A DNA stretch of 64,000 nucleotides. Origin: an uncultured Planctomycetaceae bacterium. GTDB lineage: Bacteria; Planctomycetota; Planctomycetia; Planctomycetales; Planctomycetaceae. The notes under the pieces were generated by a model. It was not told the DNA's origin. It saw only the letters and a list, made by a program, of their open reading frames with translations, and did not search any database. Both the position numbers and the translations under genes were made by a program. Positions 38,708-48,892 of the stretch are shown piece after piece. The stretch spans positions 29,030-93,029 of the forward strand of contig CAWHWU010000033.1 of assembly GCA_963833105.1 (NCBI GenBank), in the 5' to 3' direction. The first letter of the stretch is position 1. Each line of letters begins with the position of its first letter.

Positions 38708-41700
38708 TCATCGTTCCGCCGCCTCGAGCGGTTTCAGCGAATCAAGACGTCTTGTGGCCAGGCCGGAATACAACATCACCGCCACCTGTTGATCCTTGTC
38801 GACGACGGCGCAGGCGACCTTCAGCCCGTCCGGAGAAACCGCCAGCAACCAACCCGTTGCATGGGTGGTAATCTCGGTGGGAAGGGGGAGCGTAAACAGG
38901 TCCTTCTTCTGATCGACGTCCCAGACGTGGACGCCGCGTTGCTCTCCGGAAACGGCAATCAATAGCCGTCCGTCGGAGGAAAAAGCGAACGGCCCGCTAT
39001 CATGCGCCAAGCCGGGCAAGTCCCCAAGCTTGCGGCAACGCTGGGGGTCCCAAAGCTCGATCACGCGGTCGGAACCGAGTGCCATCGATCCGTCCGGCGC
39101 GAAGGCGGCGAAATCATTGAAGCGGTGCGAACTGTGCAGCAGGGATCGCAAGTGTCCGCTCGGCACTTCGTACAGGTTGACGTCCCGTCCCTCGTGGGGA
39201 TGAAAGGCCGTCAGCAGGTCGCCGCGGGCAGACACGGCGACTCCGTCGGATGCCGACTCGTTGAAGAATGTCCCGCCGATTGTTTTGAGCTCGGTTCCCG
39301 TGGCGCCGTCATACAGGTGCACAGACCGTTCCCTGTCCCTTGGGCGGCCTTGCATCACGAGCAGTGACCCGTTTGGGCGGAAACGCGCACCAGAGGGCGA
39401 ACTGACCCGCGGGCAGAGTGATGCTCAGGCGTTTCGCTCCCGTCGCGGCATTCACGAGGTCGACACGCTGCTCGCCGCCGATGGCCAGTTCGCCGCCGTC
39501 GTGGGAATAGCAGACGTTGCGCGCGCCCTCGAGCGGATCGTCTCGGAGGACAGAGGGGCGCATCGTGGCGACGTTCCAAATCTGCAAGCCGGCCCGCTTG
39601 GGTTTGGCAGACTGCCAGGCAATTGCCAATCGGCGCCCGTCGGGAGAAAAGTCCATCCGCCCTGGCAGGGCCTCGGCACGATTCGTCGTTAAGTCCGTCC
39701 ACTGCGGCGCGACGGACATGTCCCACAGATCGACCCGGCCGTCCCGCGCGGAGGTGGCGAGGCGCCGACCGTTGGGCGAGAAGGCGACGCACCAGAAGCC
39801 GATCGGCAGCCCGTCTTTGCCGATCCGCGGCGGGACCGCGACCCAACCTTGCCGGCTGGGAAGATCCCACAACCGCACGGCTCCGTCCCCACCGCAGGAG
39901 GCGACCTGCCGCCCGTCCGGCGAGAATTGGACCGACTCGATATGGTCGAAGTGGGCGGAAAATCGGCCCCGCAAACCCCCGGTGCGGACGTCATGGATGT
40001 TGATCGTGCCGCGGCCGGCCGAGGCAAGCATCTCGACGTCGCGGCTGAAGGCTGTGGAGTGCGACACGTCCGACTGCTGCACGCCGCGGGGCACCATGTC
40101 CGGCATTTCCCAGAGACGAACGGTTTCGTCGTCGCCCGCCGAGGCGAGCAGATGCCCGTAAGTTCCCCAGGAAATGGCCTGGATCCGCGAGCTATGGGCG
40201 TTGGCCGATTTCAACTCCCGTCGCTTCGCCACATCCCACAGCTTGAGCACGCCCGCATGATCGCCCGAAACGAGCAGCTTGCCCGTCGGATCGAACAAAA
40301 CGCAGACGACCTCGGCCTCGTGTCCCATCAGCGTGAAGCGTTCCCGCCCGGTTTCGGCGTCCCAAACCTTGACCGTGTGGTCCTCGCTGGCTGTTGCCAG
40401 GAGCTTCTGGTCGGGGGAGAAATCGACCCAATTTACGTCGTGTTTGTGCCCGCGGCAGACACACACCGCGAGGCCGGTCTGGACGTCCCAAACGCGGGCC
40501 GTCTGATCGCGCCCCCCGAAGCGATCCGCGATCCGTCGCGAGAAAAGCTGACCGAAAACACGTCCCCTGCGTGTCCGATCAGCGACGCCACGCGGGGCAG
40601 CGTTCCCACGGATTCGCCCGGATGACACAGCCGCCACAGGTAGTACCAATCAAATCCGCGGCGGTCCCCCTGGCCGGCCGCAGGGATGTGATGCGTCAGC
40701 AAGGTCGCCATCTCGTCGCCGGCATGGAGGTTGTCGCGGAGCCGTTCCGAGTTCTCGTTCCACAGTTCAAATGCGTCGCGGATGTCGCGCGTGTAGGATC
40801 GCACCGCGCCGCCCTGTGACTCCTCGACCTGGAAGGTCATGGCTTTGGGGAGCTGTTGCCACCAGAAAAGGGCGGTGGCAAGCACTATCGCGAGCCCGAC
40901 CAGACCGATGCGGACCGCCCGGCGCTGCCGGCGACAGGCCTTCGCCGCGCGGCGAACAGGCCGAGCGGCCGGGCGGTCACGGGCAAGCCCGCCGACAGAC
41001 GCTCGAGGTCGCGGGCCAGCTCCTCGGCCGTCGGATACCGCCGCGCCGGCTGCTTTTCCAGGCACTTGAGGCAGATCGCTTCGAGGTCGCGGGGAACCTC
41101 GCGGCGGAATTTCGTGGGGGGATGCGGCTCGTCGATCGCCAGGCGGCGGAGCGTGTCGATCTCGCTGCGCCCTTCGATCGGACGCCGGCTGGTCAACAGC
41201 TCGTACAGGATCACTCCCAGCGAATAGACGTCCGCCGCCGACCCGACGTCGCGAGTCTTGCCTTCGGCCTGCTCGGGCGCCATGTAGGCGGCCGTGCCGA
41301 GCACGGCGTGCGTCGCGGTGACCTCGTCGTCGGAGCCGAAGAGCTTGGCGATGCCGAAATCGGTGATCCGCGGCACGCGCTCGTCCGCGCCAGGCGGCTG
41401 GGGCGGTTCGGTGGAGGCCGGACGTGGGACCGCTTCCAAGAGGACGTTGGCCGGCTTCAGATCGCGATGCACGATCCCGGCCGCATGCGCATGGGCGACG
41501 GCCCGCGCCATGAGCAGCAGCCAGCGGGTGGCAAGGGGAATCGGCACCGGCCGCTTGGCGTCGAGCTCCTGCCGGAACCACGTCGCCAAGTTGGGCCCGT
41601 CACACAGTTCCTCGACGATGTAGGGAAGCCCGTCGGTCTCGCCCGCCTCGTAGACGGGGATGATATTCGGATGCCGCAGGGCCGCCAGCACGCGGGCCTC

Positions 41701-41989
41701 GCGGATAAAACGCTGCCCGGCCTCCTTGGAGACGAGGGTTTCGGCCCGCGCGATCTTGAGCGCCACGAGACGGTCCAACTGCGGGTCGCGCGCGCGAAAG
41801 ACGATCCCCGATCCCCCGGCGCCGATGCGGCCCAAAAGCTCAAAACGGCCGAACCGTCGAGCGCAAGCCTTCCGCCGTGGGGCCGGCCCACGTCACGGGC
41901 TGCGACATCGTCCACGTGTCGGCTTTTTGGTCCGTGAGAGGCTTCTGGAGAGGACCAAGACCAGTGGACGCAGGATCGGGTTCCGTCAT
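38708..41989 (-). CDS. Ser/Thr protein kinase - TM segment - WD40 repeat protein (about 1090 aa); at least 4 frameshifts (about 41850, about 40950, C-run 40512-40517, about 39390)
   Basis: N-terminus MTEPDPAS..., then RFELLGRIGAGGSGIVFRARD, VALKI, HRDLKPANVLL, DFGIAKL, APEQ. TM segment IGLVGLAIVLATALFWW. Then many WD40 units (GHKHDVNWVDFSPDQKLLATASEDHTVKVWD and similar) spread over ORFs 40885..41835, 40433..41581, 39309..40649 and 38708..39358. Confidence 0.85.
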
Positions 41990-42319
41990 CTCAGATGGAT
42001 TGCCTCCAATTGCAGCCCCACGAGCGCCGGTCAAAGCACTTGCGAACTGCGGGGCCTCGCAGGACGGGAAATGGTGTGTCGACCCCATTTGGAGTCGCCG
42101 CCGTCGCGCGCGTGCCCGTTTGCCTTCCTTGGACAGACCCGATTCTAAATGGGCGGCGGCGGCAAATCACGACAGATTCCGCGCAATTTCGCCCGCCGCC
42201 AGAGACATTTCGAATGCGCAGGGCTAGCCGGCCCGGTTCCGAGCCTCGCTCTGGCGGTCGGCCACCTGTCGCATAGAATTCGTTTGGCGGCGAAGGAGAG
42301 CCGTCACAAGGAGTTGGGC

Positions 42320-43668
42320 GTGGCAGGCGATGAAACAAGCAAAGACAATCAGCCCGATGCGGGGGCCACCGATTTGCGGGAGTCGATCCGGCGCTTACCG
42401 ACCACCTCGGGCGTTTATCTGATGAAGGACGCGCTGGGGCGAGTGATCTACGTCGGCAAGGCGGTCAATTTGCGGAGCCGGGTCGGCAGCTATTTCAACT
42501 CGGCCGCCGCGGAGGATATCCGCACGGCCAACCTCGTCCCCGAGATTCGCGCGGTCGACTTCATCGAGACGCAAAGCGAGGTCGACGCTCTGTTGCTCGA
42601 AGCCCGCCTGATCAAGGACGTGCAGCCTCGCTTCAACCAGGAACTCAAGGACGACAAGACCTTTCCGTACCTGGAAATCCGTATCCGCGAGGATTTTCCG
42701 CGGGTCGAATTCACCCGCAAGCCGCGGCCGCGGGGAACGAAGCTGTACGGTCCCTTCACCAACGCGAAAAAGCTGCGGGCGGCGATCGGCGTCTTGCAGA
42801 AGATCTTCCGCTTCCGCACCTGCTCGCTCGACATCGCCGAGGGGGACGAACGCTGGCGGTGGTTCCGGCCGTGCCTGTTGCACAGCATCAACCAGTGCAC
42901 GGCCCCCTGCAACCTGCGGATCAGCCGCGAGGATTACCGCCGCGGCATCCGGCGGCTGATCTTGTTCCTCGACGGCAAGAAGACGCGGCTGCTGCGGGAG
43001 ATGCGGCGGGAGATGGAGCAGGCGTCGACCAAGCTGAAATTCGAGAAGGCGGCCCGCATTCGCGACGAGATCAAGTCGCTCGAGAACCTCGACCTGTGCG
43101 GCAAGCTCGACGAGAACGTGCAGCCCGAGGTGTTTTACATCGACCCGAAAAAGGGGATGGCCGGGCTCAAGAAGATTTTCGATTTGCCGCACTTTCCCCG
43201 GCGGATCGAAGGGGTCGACATCGCCCACCTGCAGGGGGGCGAGACCGTCGCCAGCCTGGTCCAGTTCATCGACGGCTTGCCGTTCAACCACGGCTACAAG
43301 CGCTACAAGATCCGCACGGTGCAGGGGGTCGACGATTTCGCCTCGATCCGCGAGGTGGTGAGCCGGCGGTTTTTGCGTCTGGCCAAAGAGGGGGAGTCGC
43401 TCCCCGACATCCTGCTTGATCGACGGCGGGAAGGGGCAGTTAAGCTCGGCGGTCGAGGCGCTCGAGGCGATCGGCTCGAAGCCGCCGCTCGTCCTGTCGC
43501 TCGCCAAGCGGGAAGAAGAAATCTTTCTCCCGGGTGAGTCGGAGCCGCGCAGACTCTCGAAACACTCCTACGCGCTGCAGACTCTTGCAATACGTGCGCG
43601 ACGAAGCACATCGCTTCGCGCAGCACTATCATCACATTTTGCGACGCAAATCGACGCTGGGGGAATGA
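42320..43668 (+). CDS. uvrC: excinuclease ABC subunit C, short form without a C-terminal (HhH)2; two frameshifts (about 43410, about 43590)
   Basis: GIY-YIG (SGVYLMKDALGRVIYVGKAVNLRSRV). UVR domain (FEKAARIRDEIKSLE). Endonuclease domain (RIEGVDIAHLQGGE...PDILL/IDGGKGQL...LAKREEEIFL...QYVRDEAHRFA). The GTG start at 42320 has AAGGAG 6 nt upstream. The stop at 43666-68 overlaps the next ATG (ATGA). Confidence 0.85.
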
Positions 43669-44483
43669 ATTCACGCCCCCGGAAGGCCTTCCGGGGGCTT
43701 CCATTTGCCATTTGCGCATCTTCGCAGATCGCTACAATCCCCCGCGTGAAAATCCGCAGTCGTTTGCTCACCAAGATCATCGTCTTTTTCGGCGTCGCGC
43801 TGGTGCGCCTGTTGTTCAAAACGTGCCGCCTGCGCGTGGTCGTGGAAGCCCCCGGAACCAATTCGTACGAATCGACAGGGGACCGGCGGTATCTGTATTG
43901 CATCTGGCACGACCAGATCGTGATGACCGTCTTCAGCGGGCGGCCCCAGAAGATGGCGGGCCTCGTGAGCGGGCATCAGGACGGCTCGTACCTGGCCGAC
44001 GCGATGAAGATGCTCGGCATCGTGCCCGTCCGCGGCTCGTCAAAGCGCGGAGGGAGCCGGGCAATGGGTGAACTCTTGCAGCGGGTCCGCGAATACCACG
44101 TGGCGATCACGCCCGACGGGCCCCGCGGACCGCGGCACAAGTTGAAAACCGGGATCGTGTTTCTGGCGTCGCATTCGGGCCGGGGGATCGTACCGGGAGC
44201 CCATGCCTGCCGGCGAGCCTGGCATATTCGCGGCAACTGGACCGACATGATGTTGCCCTGGCCCTTCACTGAGATTTACGCCCGTGGCGGCCCCCCGCTG
44301 TTTGTTCCTCCCGGCCTCGGCCGCGAGGAACTCGAACACTATGCCGAGCGGTTGGAAGCGGAAATGGAGCGGCTGGAGAAGCTCGTGGCTGAAGCGGCAC
44401 AGGGGACAGCGAAAGGGCCCCGGTCGCGGAAATTGCCCGCAACAACGCTCGCCGCCGACGGCGAGGTCCAGGCCGCCGCCTGA
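43665..44483 (+). CDS. DUF374 domain protein (lysophospholipid acyltransferase-like)
   Basis: WHDQIVM...GLVSGHQDGSYLADAMKMLGIVPVRGSSKRGG...ITPDGPRGPRHKLKTGIVFLASHSG, the DUF374 signature. Confidence 0.8.
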   Translation: MNSRPRKAFRGLPFAICASSQIATIPRVKIRSRLLTKIIVFFGVALVRLLFKTCRLRVVVEAPGTNSYESTGDRRYLYCIWHDQIVMTVFSGRPQKMAGLVSGHQDGSYLADAMKMLGIVPVRGSSKRGGSRAMGELLQRVREYHVAITPDGPRGPRHKLKTGIVFLASHSGRGIVPGAHACRRAWHIRGNWTDMMLPWPFTEIYARGGPPLFVPPGLGREELEHYAERLEAEMERLEKLVAEAAQGTAKGPRSRKLPATTLAADGEVQAAA

Positions 44484-44604
44484 TTTCCGGTCAGCCGTTT
44501 TCCGCCGCGAATACGGGCCGCGAATCCGCATTGCCGCGATTGGCTTGCCGCGATATTCTTCGCTCCCCACGATCGTCCCGCGGTCGTGGCCCGGGAGACA
44601 TTTC

Positions 44605-45342
44605 GTGGATTCTTCTCACGGCCCGATTGCCGATTCAAGCCATCTCATCGAACGAACCGGAATCCCGCGGCGGGTTTTGTCGCGGTTGGTGGATACGACG
44701 CAGATGGGAGTCGGCTACCGCGTGCTCGACGTGGGCTGTGCCGGCGGAGAACTGGCCGCCTATCTCGACTCGTTGGGCATCCGTTGCGTGGGGCTCGACG
44801 AATCGGCGGTCCACATTGTCGAGGCGAAACGCGCCGTCCCCGCTTGCGAGTTTCATTGCGGCCCGATTGGCCAGGCACTTACGGCACTCAAGGGAGGATT
44901 CGATCTCGTTCTCGTTCGAGACGTTTCGCCCTATCAGGCGTCCCTGTGTTCGCCGGCAGCCTTCGCGGCCAGCTTTCAGTTACTGGCCCGCGTTCGTCCG
45001 GGCGCGTGCCTCGCGTTTCTGGCGCGAATCGACACGGGCAGCGCGGCCGCCGGGGGACATCGCCTGGCCTGTTTCGCGCGGCACATCGGCTCGTTGCCGG
45101 GGACTTATGATCTTTATGAGATGCCCGACGGCGGGATGTTTACGAAATCGTTCCGCTCACGGGGGGCGGGACAACTGGGGTGCGGCTACGCGCTTGCCGT
45201 GTTGCGATTGCCGCCGCAGCCGTTGAGCCAGGAACAATGGAAACAAGTTGCCGATAAGGCGGTGAGCCCCAACGCGGCCCCTTGCTGCCAGTGGGCTGCC
45301 CAAGGCGGGGCGTCGACCGGTTACCGGTCGAAAGCGGCCTGA
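44605..45342 (+). CDS. class I SAM-dependent methyltransferase
   Basis: YRVLDVGCAGGELAAYLDSLGIRCVGLDES motif I, then FDLVLVRDV. The GTG start is chosen for the GGGAGA upstream; the ORF is open from 44284. Confidence 0.65.
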   Translation: MDSSHGPIADSSHLIERTGIPRRVLSRLVDTTQMGVGYRVLDVGCAGGELAAYLDSLGIRCVGLDESAVHIVEAKRAVPACEFHCGPIGQALTALKGGFDLVLVRDVSPYQASLCSPAAFAASFQLLARVRPGACLAFLARIDTGSAAAGGHRLACFARHIGSLPGTYDLYEMPDGGMFTKSFRSRGAGQLGCGYALAVLRLPPQPLSQEQWKQVADKAVSPNAAPCCQWAAQGGASTGYRSKAA

Positions 45343-45412
45343 TGCGACGCCGCTTCGAGGGGCGCGAACGGGCCGTCGCGGCATCGGCATGACGAATCAG
45401 GGGGGCCTTGCG

Positions 45413-46588
45413 ATGCGCATTTTCTTTTCGGTGGGCGAGCCGAGCGGCGATCAGCACGCTGCCCATTTGATCTACGCGCTCAAGCGGCGGCGGCCCGATC
45501 TCGTGGCATGCGGTTACGGCGGCCCACTGATGCGCGATGCCGGCTGCCGTCTCGATCGCGAATTGACCAACTTCGCCGTCATGGGCGTCTTCCAGGTCAT
45601 TCCGCTGTTGTGGACGTTTTACAAGCTCGTCCGCCGGGCCGAACGGATGTTTCGCGAGTCGCGGCCCGATGCGGTCGTGCTCGTCGATTTTCCCGGCTTC
45701 AACTGGTGGATCGCCCGCAAGGCCAAGGCCGCCGGCATTCCCGTCTTTTACTACCTGCCGCCGCAATTGTGGGCGTGGGGCGGCTGGCGCGTCCGCCGCA
45801 TGCGGAAATTCGTGGACCACATCCTCTGCGGCCTGCCGTTCGAGCCGGAGTGGTATGCCGAGCGCGGCCTGAAAGCCGAGTACGTGGGGCACCCGTTTTT
45901 CGACGAGATCGCCGAGTATCCGCTGAATACGGAGTTTTGCGACCGCTGGAGCGTCGACGACGGACCGATCGTCGGCATCCTGCCCGGCTCCCGCCACCAC
46001 GAGGTGGAGCAATGTTTCCCGCTGCAGATTCGCATGATGCAGCTCCTCGCCGCAAAATATCCGCACGTGCGGTTTCTGGTCGCCTGTTACAAGGAACGGC
46101 ATCGACAGCGGTGTGCTGAATTGCTTGAATCGTCGGGAGTTTCGCTGCCGGTCGAGCTGTGTCTCGGCCGCACGCCCGAAATCATCGAATGCTCGTCGTG
46201 CTGCGTGATGGTTTCAGGCTCCGTCAGTCTCGAGATGCTGGCCCGTGCCAAGCCGGCGGCCGTCGTCTTTCGCGTCTCTCGTCTCACGTATCTGATGTAT
46301 CTTCCCCTGGTCAAAGTCACCTCAATCACTCTCCCCAACCTCATCGCCCGGCAGCGAATCCTGCCGGAGTTTCTGGTCGTCTCGCAGCCTGAGCGGGAAG
46401 TGCGGGCCATGACGGCCGTTGTCGACGAATGGCTGGGCAATCCGCTTTCGCTCGCCCGCACTGCCCGCGAGCTCTCCACGCTCCGCGACGAGATGGTGAA
46501 AGTCGGCGCCACGGGGCGCACGGCCGAGTACATCCTCAGCCGCTTGGCGCCGCTCGATTCGACGGCGACTTTCGCCCGCGCCGCATGA
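45413..46588 (+). CDS. lpxB: lipid-A-disaccharide synthase
   Basis: MRIFFSVGEPSGDQHAAHLI...VLVDFPGFNWWIARKAKAAGIPVFYYLPPQLWAWGGWR...GHPFFD...GILPGSR...SGSVSLE. Confidence 0.9.
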   Translation: MRIFFSVGEPSGDQHAAHLIYALKRRRPDLVACGYGGPLMRDAGCRLDRELTNFAVMGVFQVIPLLWTFYKLVRRAERMFRESRPDAVVLVDFPGFNWWIARKAKAAGIPVFYYLPPQLWAWGGWRVRRMRKFVDHILCGLPFEPEWYAERGLKAEYVGHPFFDEIAEYPLNTEFCDRWSVDDGPIVGILPGSRHHEVEQCFPLQIRMMQLLAAKYPHVRFLVACYKERHRQRCAELLESSGVSLPVELCLGRTPEIIECSSCCVMVSGSVSLEMLARAKPAAVVFRVSRLTYLMYLPLVKVTSITLPNLIARQRILPEFLVVSQPEREVRAMTAVVDEWLGNPLSLARTARELSTLRDEMVKVGATGRTAEYILSRLAPLDSTATFARAA

Positions 46589-46687
46589 CCGGCAGCCACG
46601 GGCCAGCTACAATCGCGGGGCCGCCCGTTCTCTGACTCTGACCGCATCACGATCGGGGCGGATCCAACGTCTTCTGAGGATCGCAGC

Positions 46688-47755
46688 ATGATTACGCAGC
46701 GCGTGCGGATCGGCATCGTCGGCGCGGGGAACAACACGCGGCAGCGGCACATCCCCGGCTTCCGGCAGATCGGCGGCGTCGATCTCATGGGCGTCGTCAA
46801 CCGCAGCCCCGAGTCTTCGGCCCGCGTGGCCAAGGAATTCGAGATTCCCCGCATCTATCCCGACTGGCGGGCGCTCGTCGACGATCCGGAAATCGACGCC
46901 GTCATGATCGGCACGTGGCCCAACCTGCACTGCGAAGTCACCTGTGCCGCGCTCGATGCCGGCAAGCACGTCCTGACCGAGGCCCGCATGGCTCGCAACG
47001 CCGCGGAAGCGCACAAGATGTGCGAGGTGGCCCACCGGCATCCCGATCTCGTCAAACAGATCGTGCCGAGCCCGTTCGGCCTGATGCAGAACGAATACGT
47101 CCGCGAGCTGATCCACGATGGCTTTCTGGGTGAGATTCGCGAAGTCGTCGTGATCGGCGCGACGGATGCCTTCTGGCAATCCGACGCGCCCTTGTATTGG
47201 CGGCAGGATGCCGAGATCAGCGGAGACAACGTCCTCTCGATGGGCATCCTGCACGAGACCGTTTTGCGCTGGGCCCCGCCACCGACGCGAGTCTGGGCGC
47301 AGAAGGCAATTTTCGGGCAGACCCGTCTTGCTCCGGACGGCAAGTCGCGCGTGCCGGTCACGGTCCCCGACAGCGTGCAGGTCGTCACCGAACTGGAGAA
47401 CGGCGGCCGCGGGCTGTACCACTTGAGCGGCGTGTGCCTCTTCGGGCCGGGGCATCAAATCCACTTGTACGGCAGCGAGGGGACGATCAAGTTCGAGGTC
47501 TCGCCGAGCGAACGATTGCTCACCGCGAAGGCCGGCGACAGCCAGCTCCTCGAGTTCGAGGTGCCGAAGGAAAAGCGCGGCGGCTGGCGCGTCGAGGCCG
47601 AGTTCATCGGCGCGATCCGCGGACAAGAGAAGGTCCGCCTCACCGATTTCGCCACCGGCATGAAATACATGGAATTCACCGAAGCGGTCGCTCGCAGCGC
47701 CCGCACGGGCGAGCCCGTCTCGCTGCCGCTGCCGGAGTATCCGCATTTGAAGTGA
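46688..47755 (+). CDS. Gfo/Idh/MocA family oxidoreductase
   Basis: RIGIVGAGNNTRQRHIPGF...DAVMIGTWPNLHCEVTCAALDAGKHVLTEARMA, a Rossmann N-terminus of the family. Confidence 0.85.
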   Translation: MITQRVRIGIVGAGNNTRQRHIPGFRQIGGVDLMGVVNRSPESSARVAKEFEIPRIYPDWRALVDDPEIDAVMIGTWPNLHCEVTCAALDAGKHVLTEARMARNAAEAHKMCEVAHRHPDLVKQIVPSPFGLMQNEYVRELIHDGFLGEIREVVVIGATDAFWQSDAPLYWRQDAEISGDNVLSMGILHETVLRWAPPPTRVWAQKAIFGQTRLAPDGKSRVPVTVPDSVQVVTELENGGRGLYHLSGVCLFGPGHQIHLYGSEGTIKFEVSPSERLLTAKAGDSQLLEFEVPKEKRGGWRVEAEFIGAIRGQEKVRLTDFATGMKYMEFTEAVARSARTGEPVSLPLPEYPHLK

Positions 47756-47862
47756 CGAAGGCCGTGACGCTTCGGCATTCGTTCGTGCGCCCGCTATACT
47801 CCGTGTTTCCGTGAGCCGGACGTCGTGCGGCCCATTTTGAACGCGGTACGAGACAATTCCTG

Positions 47863-48888
47863 ATGCCTGGCGGATTCGAGAAAGAGCTGAGCGTTGCCCT
47901 CGAGGCCGTGCGGTCGGCCGCGCGCGTGTGCCAGAGCGTGCAGGCGAAGATCACGCCCGACATCCTCGAGAAGGACGATCGCAGCCCCGTGACGGTGGCC
48001 GACTTTGCCAGCCAGGCGGTGATCTGCCGCGCGATCGCTGCGGCCTTTCCCGGCGATCTGATCATCGGTGAGGAGGAGTCGTCGACTCTCTCCCGCGGCG
48101 AGAATGCCCCGTTCCTCGACCGGATCCTGGCCGAGCTTCGCGGCGTGGGCATCGAGACGTGCGGCAAAGAGGCCTGCGCCTGGATCGACCGCGCGTCCCA
48201 GAAAGAATATGTGCCGCGATTCTGGACTCTCGACCCGATCGACGGCACGAAGGGTTTCCTTCGCAAAGAGCAATACGCGATCTCGCTGGCTCTGATCGTC
48301 GACGGACGAATCCAGGTCGCCCTCTTGGGTTGCCCGAACTTGCCGTGCGAGCCGGGCGGCACGCGGATCGGCACGCTCTTTTACGCGATTCGCGGCGGCG
48401 GAAGCTGGGCGATCCCCTTGGAAGGCGATGGCTCACGGCGGTCGGTTCATGCCAGCCAGGAATCGGACCCGCGGCAGGCCCGCTTCTGCGAGTCGGTCGA
48501 ATCGGCCCACACGGCACAGGGCCTTTCGGCCAAGGTGGCCGCGCTCTTGGGGATTACGCGCGAGCCGCTGCGCCTCGACAGCCAGGCGAAATATGCGGTC
48601 GTCGCTCGCGGCGAGGCGGAGATTTACCTGCGGCTGCCGGCCAAGTTCGGCTACAAGGAAAAGATCTGGGACCATGCCGGCGGCGTGCTGCTCGTCGAAG
48701 AGGCGGGCGGATGCGTGTGCGACGTGATGGGCCAGCCGCTCGAATTCAACCACGGCTACGAACTCTTGGCCAACCGCGGCATCGTGGCAGCCAATCGTCC
48801 GCTCCATCCCCGCGTGATCGCGGCCCTGCACGAGATCTACGCCAAATTCCCTCCGCCGCAGGCCCCGCCGGTCGTGCCGACCGCTTGA
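47863..48888 (+). CDS. 3'(2'),5'-bisphosphate nucleotidase (inositol monophosphatase superfamily, HAL2/CysQ-like)
   Basis: DDRSPVTVADFASQ, IIGEEE, WTLDPIDGTKGFLR, and WDHAGGVLLVEEAGG, the IMPase motifs. Confidence 0.85.
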   Translation: MPGGFEKELSVALEAVRSAARVCQSVQAKITPDILEKDDRSPVTVADFASQAVICRAIAAAFPGDLIIGEEESSTLSRGENAPFLDRILAELRGVGIETCGKEACAWIDRASQKEYVPRFWTLDPIDGTKGFLRKEQYAISLALIVDGRIQVALLGCPNLPCEPGGTRIGTLFYAIRGGGSWAIPLEGDGSRRSVHASQESDPRQARFCESVESAHTAQGLSAKVAALLGITREPLRLDSQAKYAVVARGEAEIYLRLPAKFGYKEKIWDHAGGVLLVEEAGGCVCDVMGQPLEFNHGYELLANRGIVAANRPLHPRVIAALHEIYAKFPPPQAPPVVPTA

Positions 48889-48892
48889 CGCT

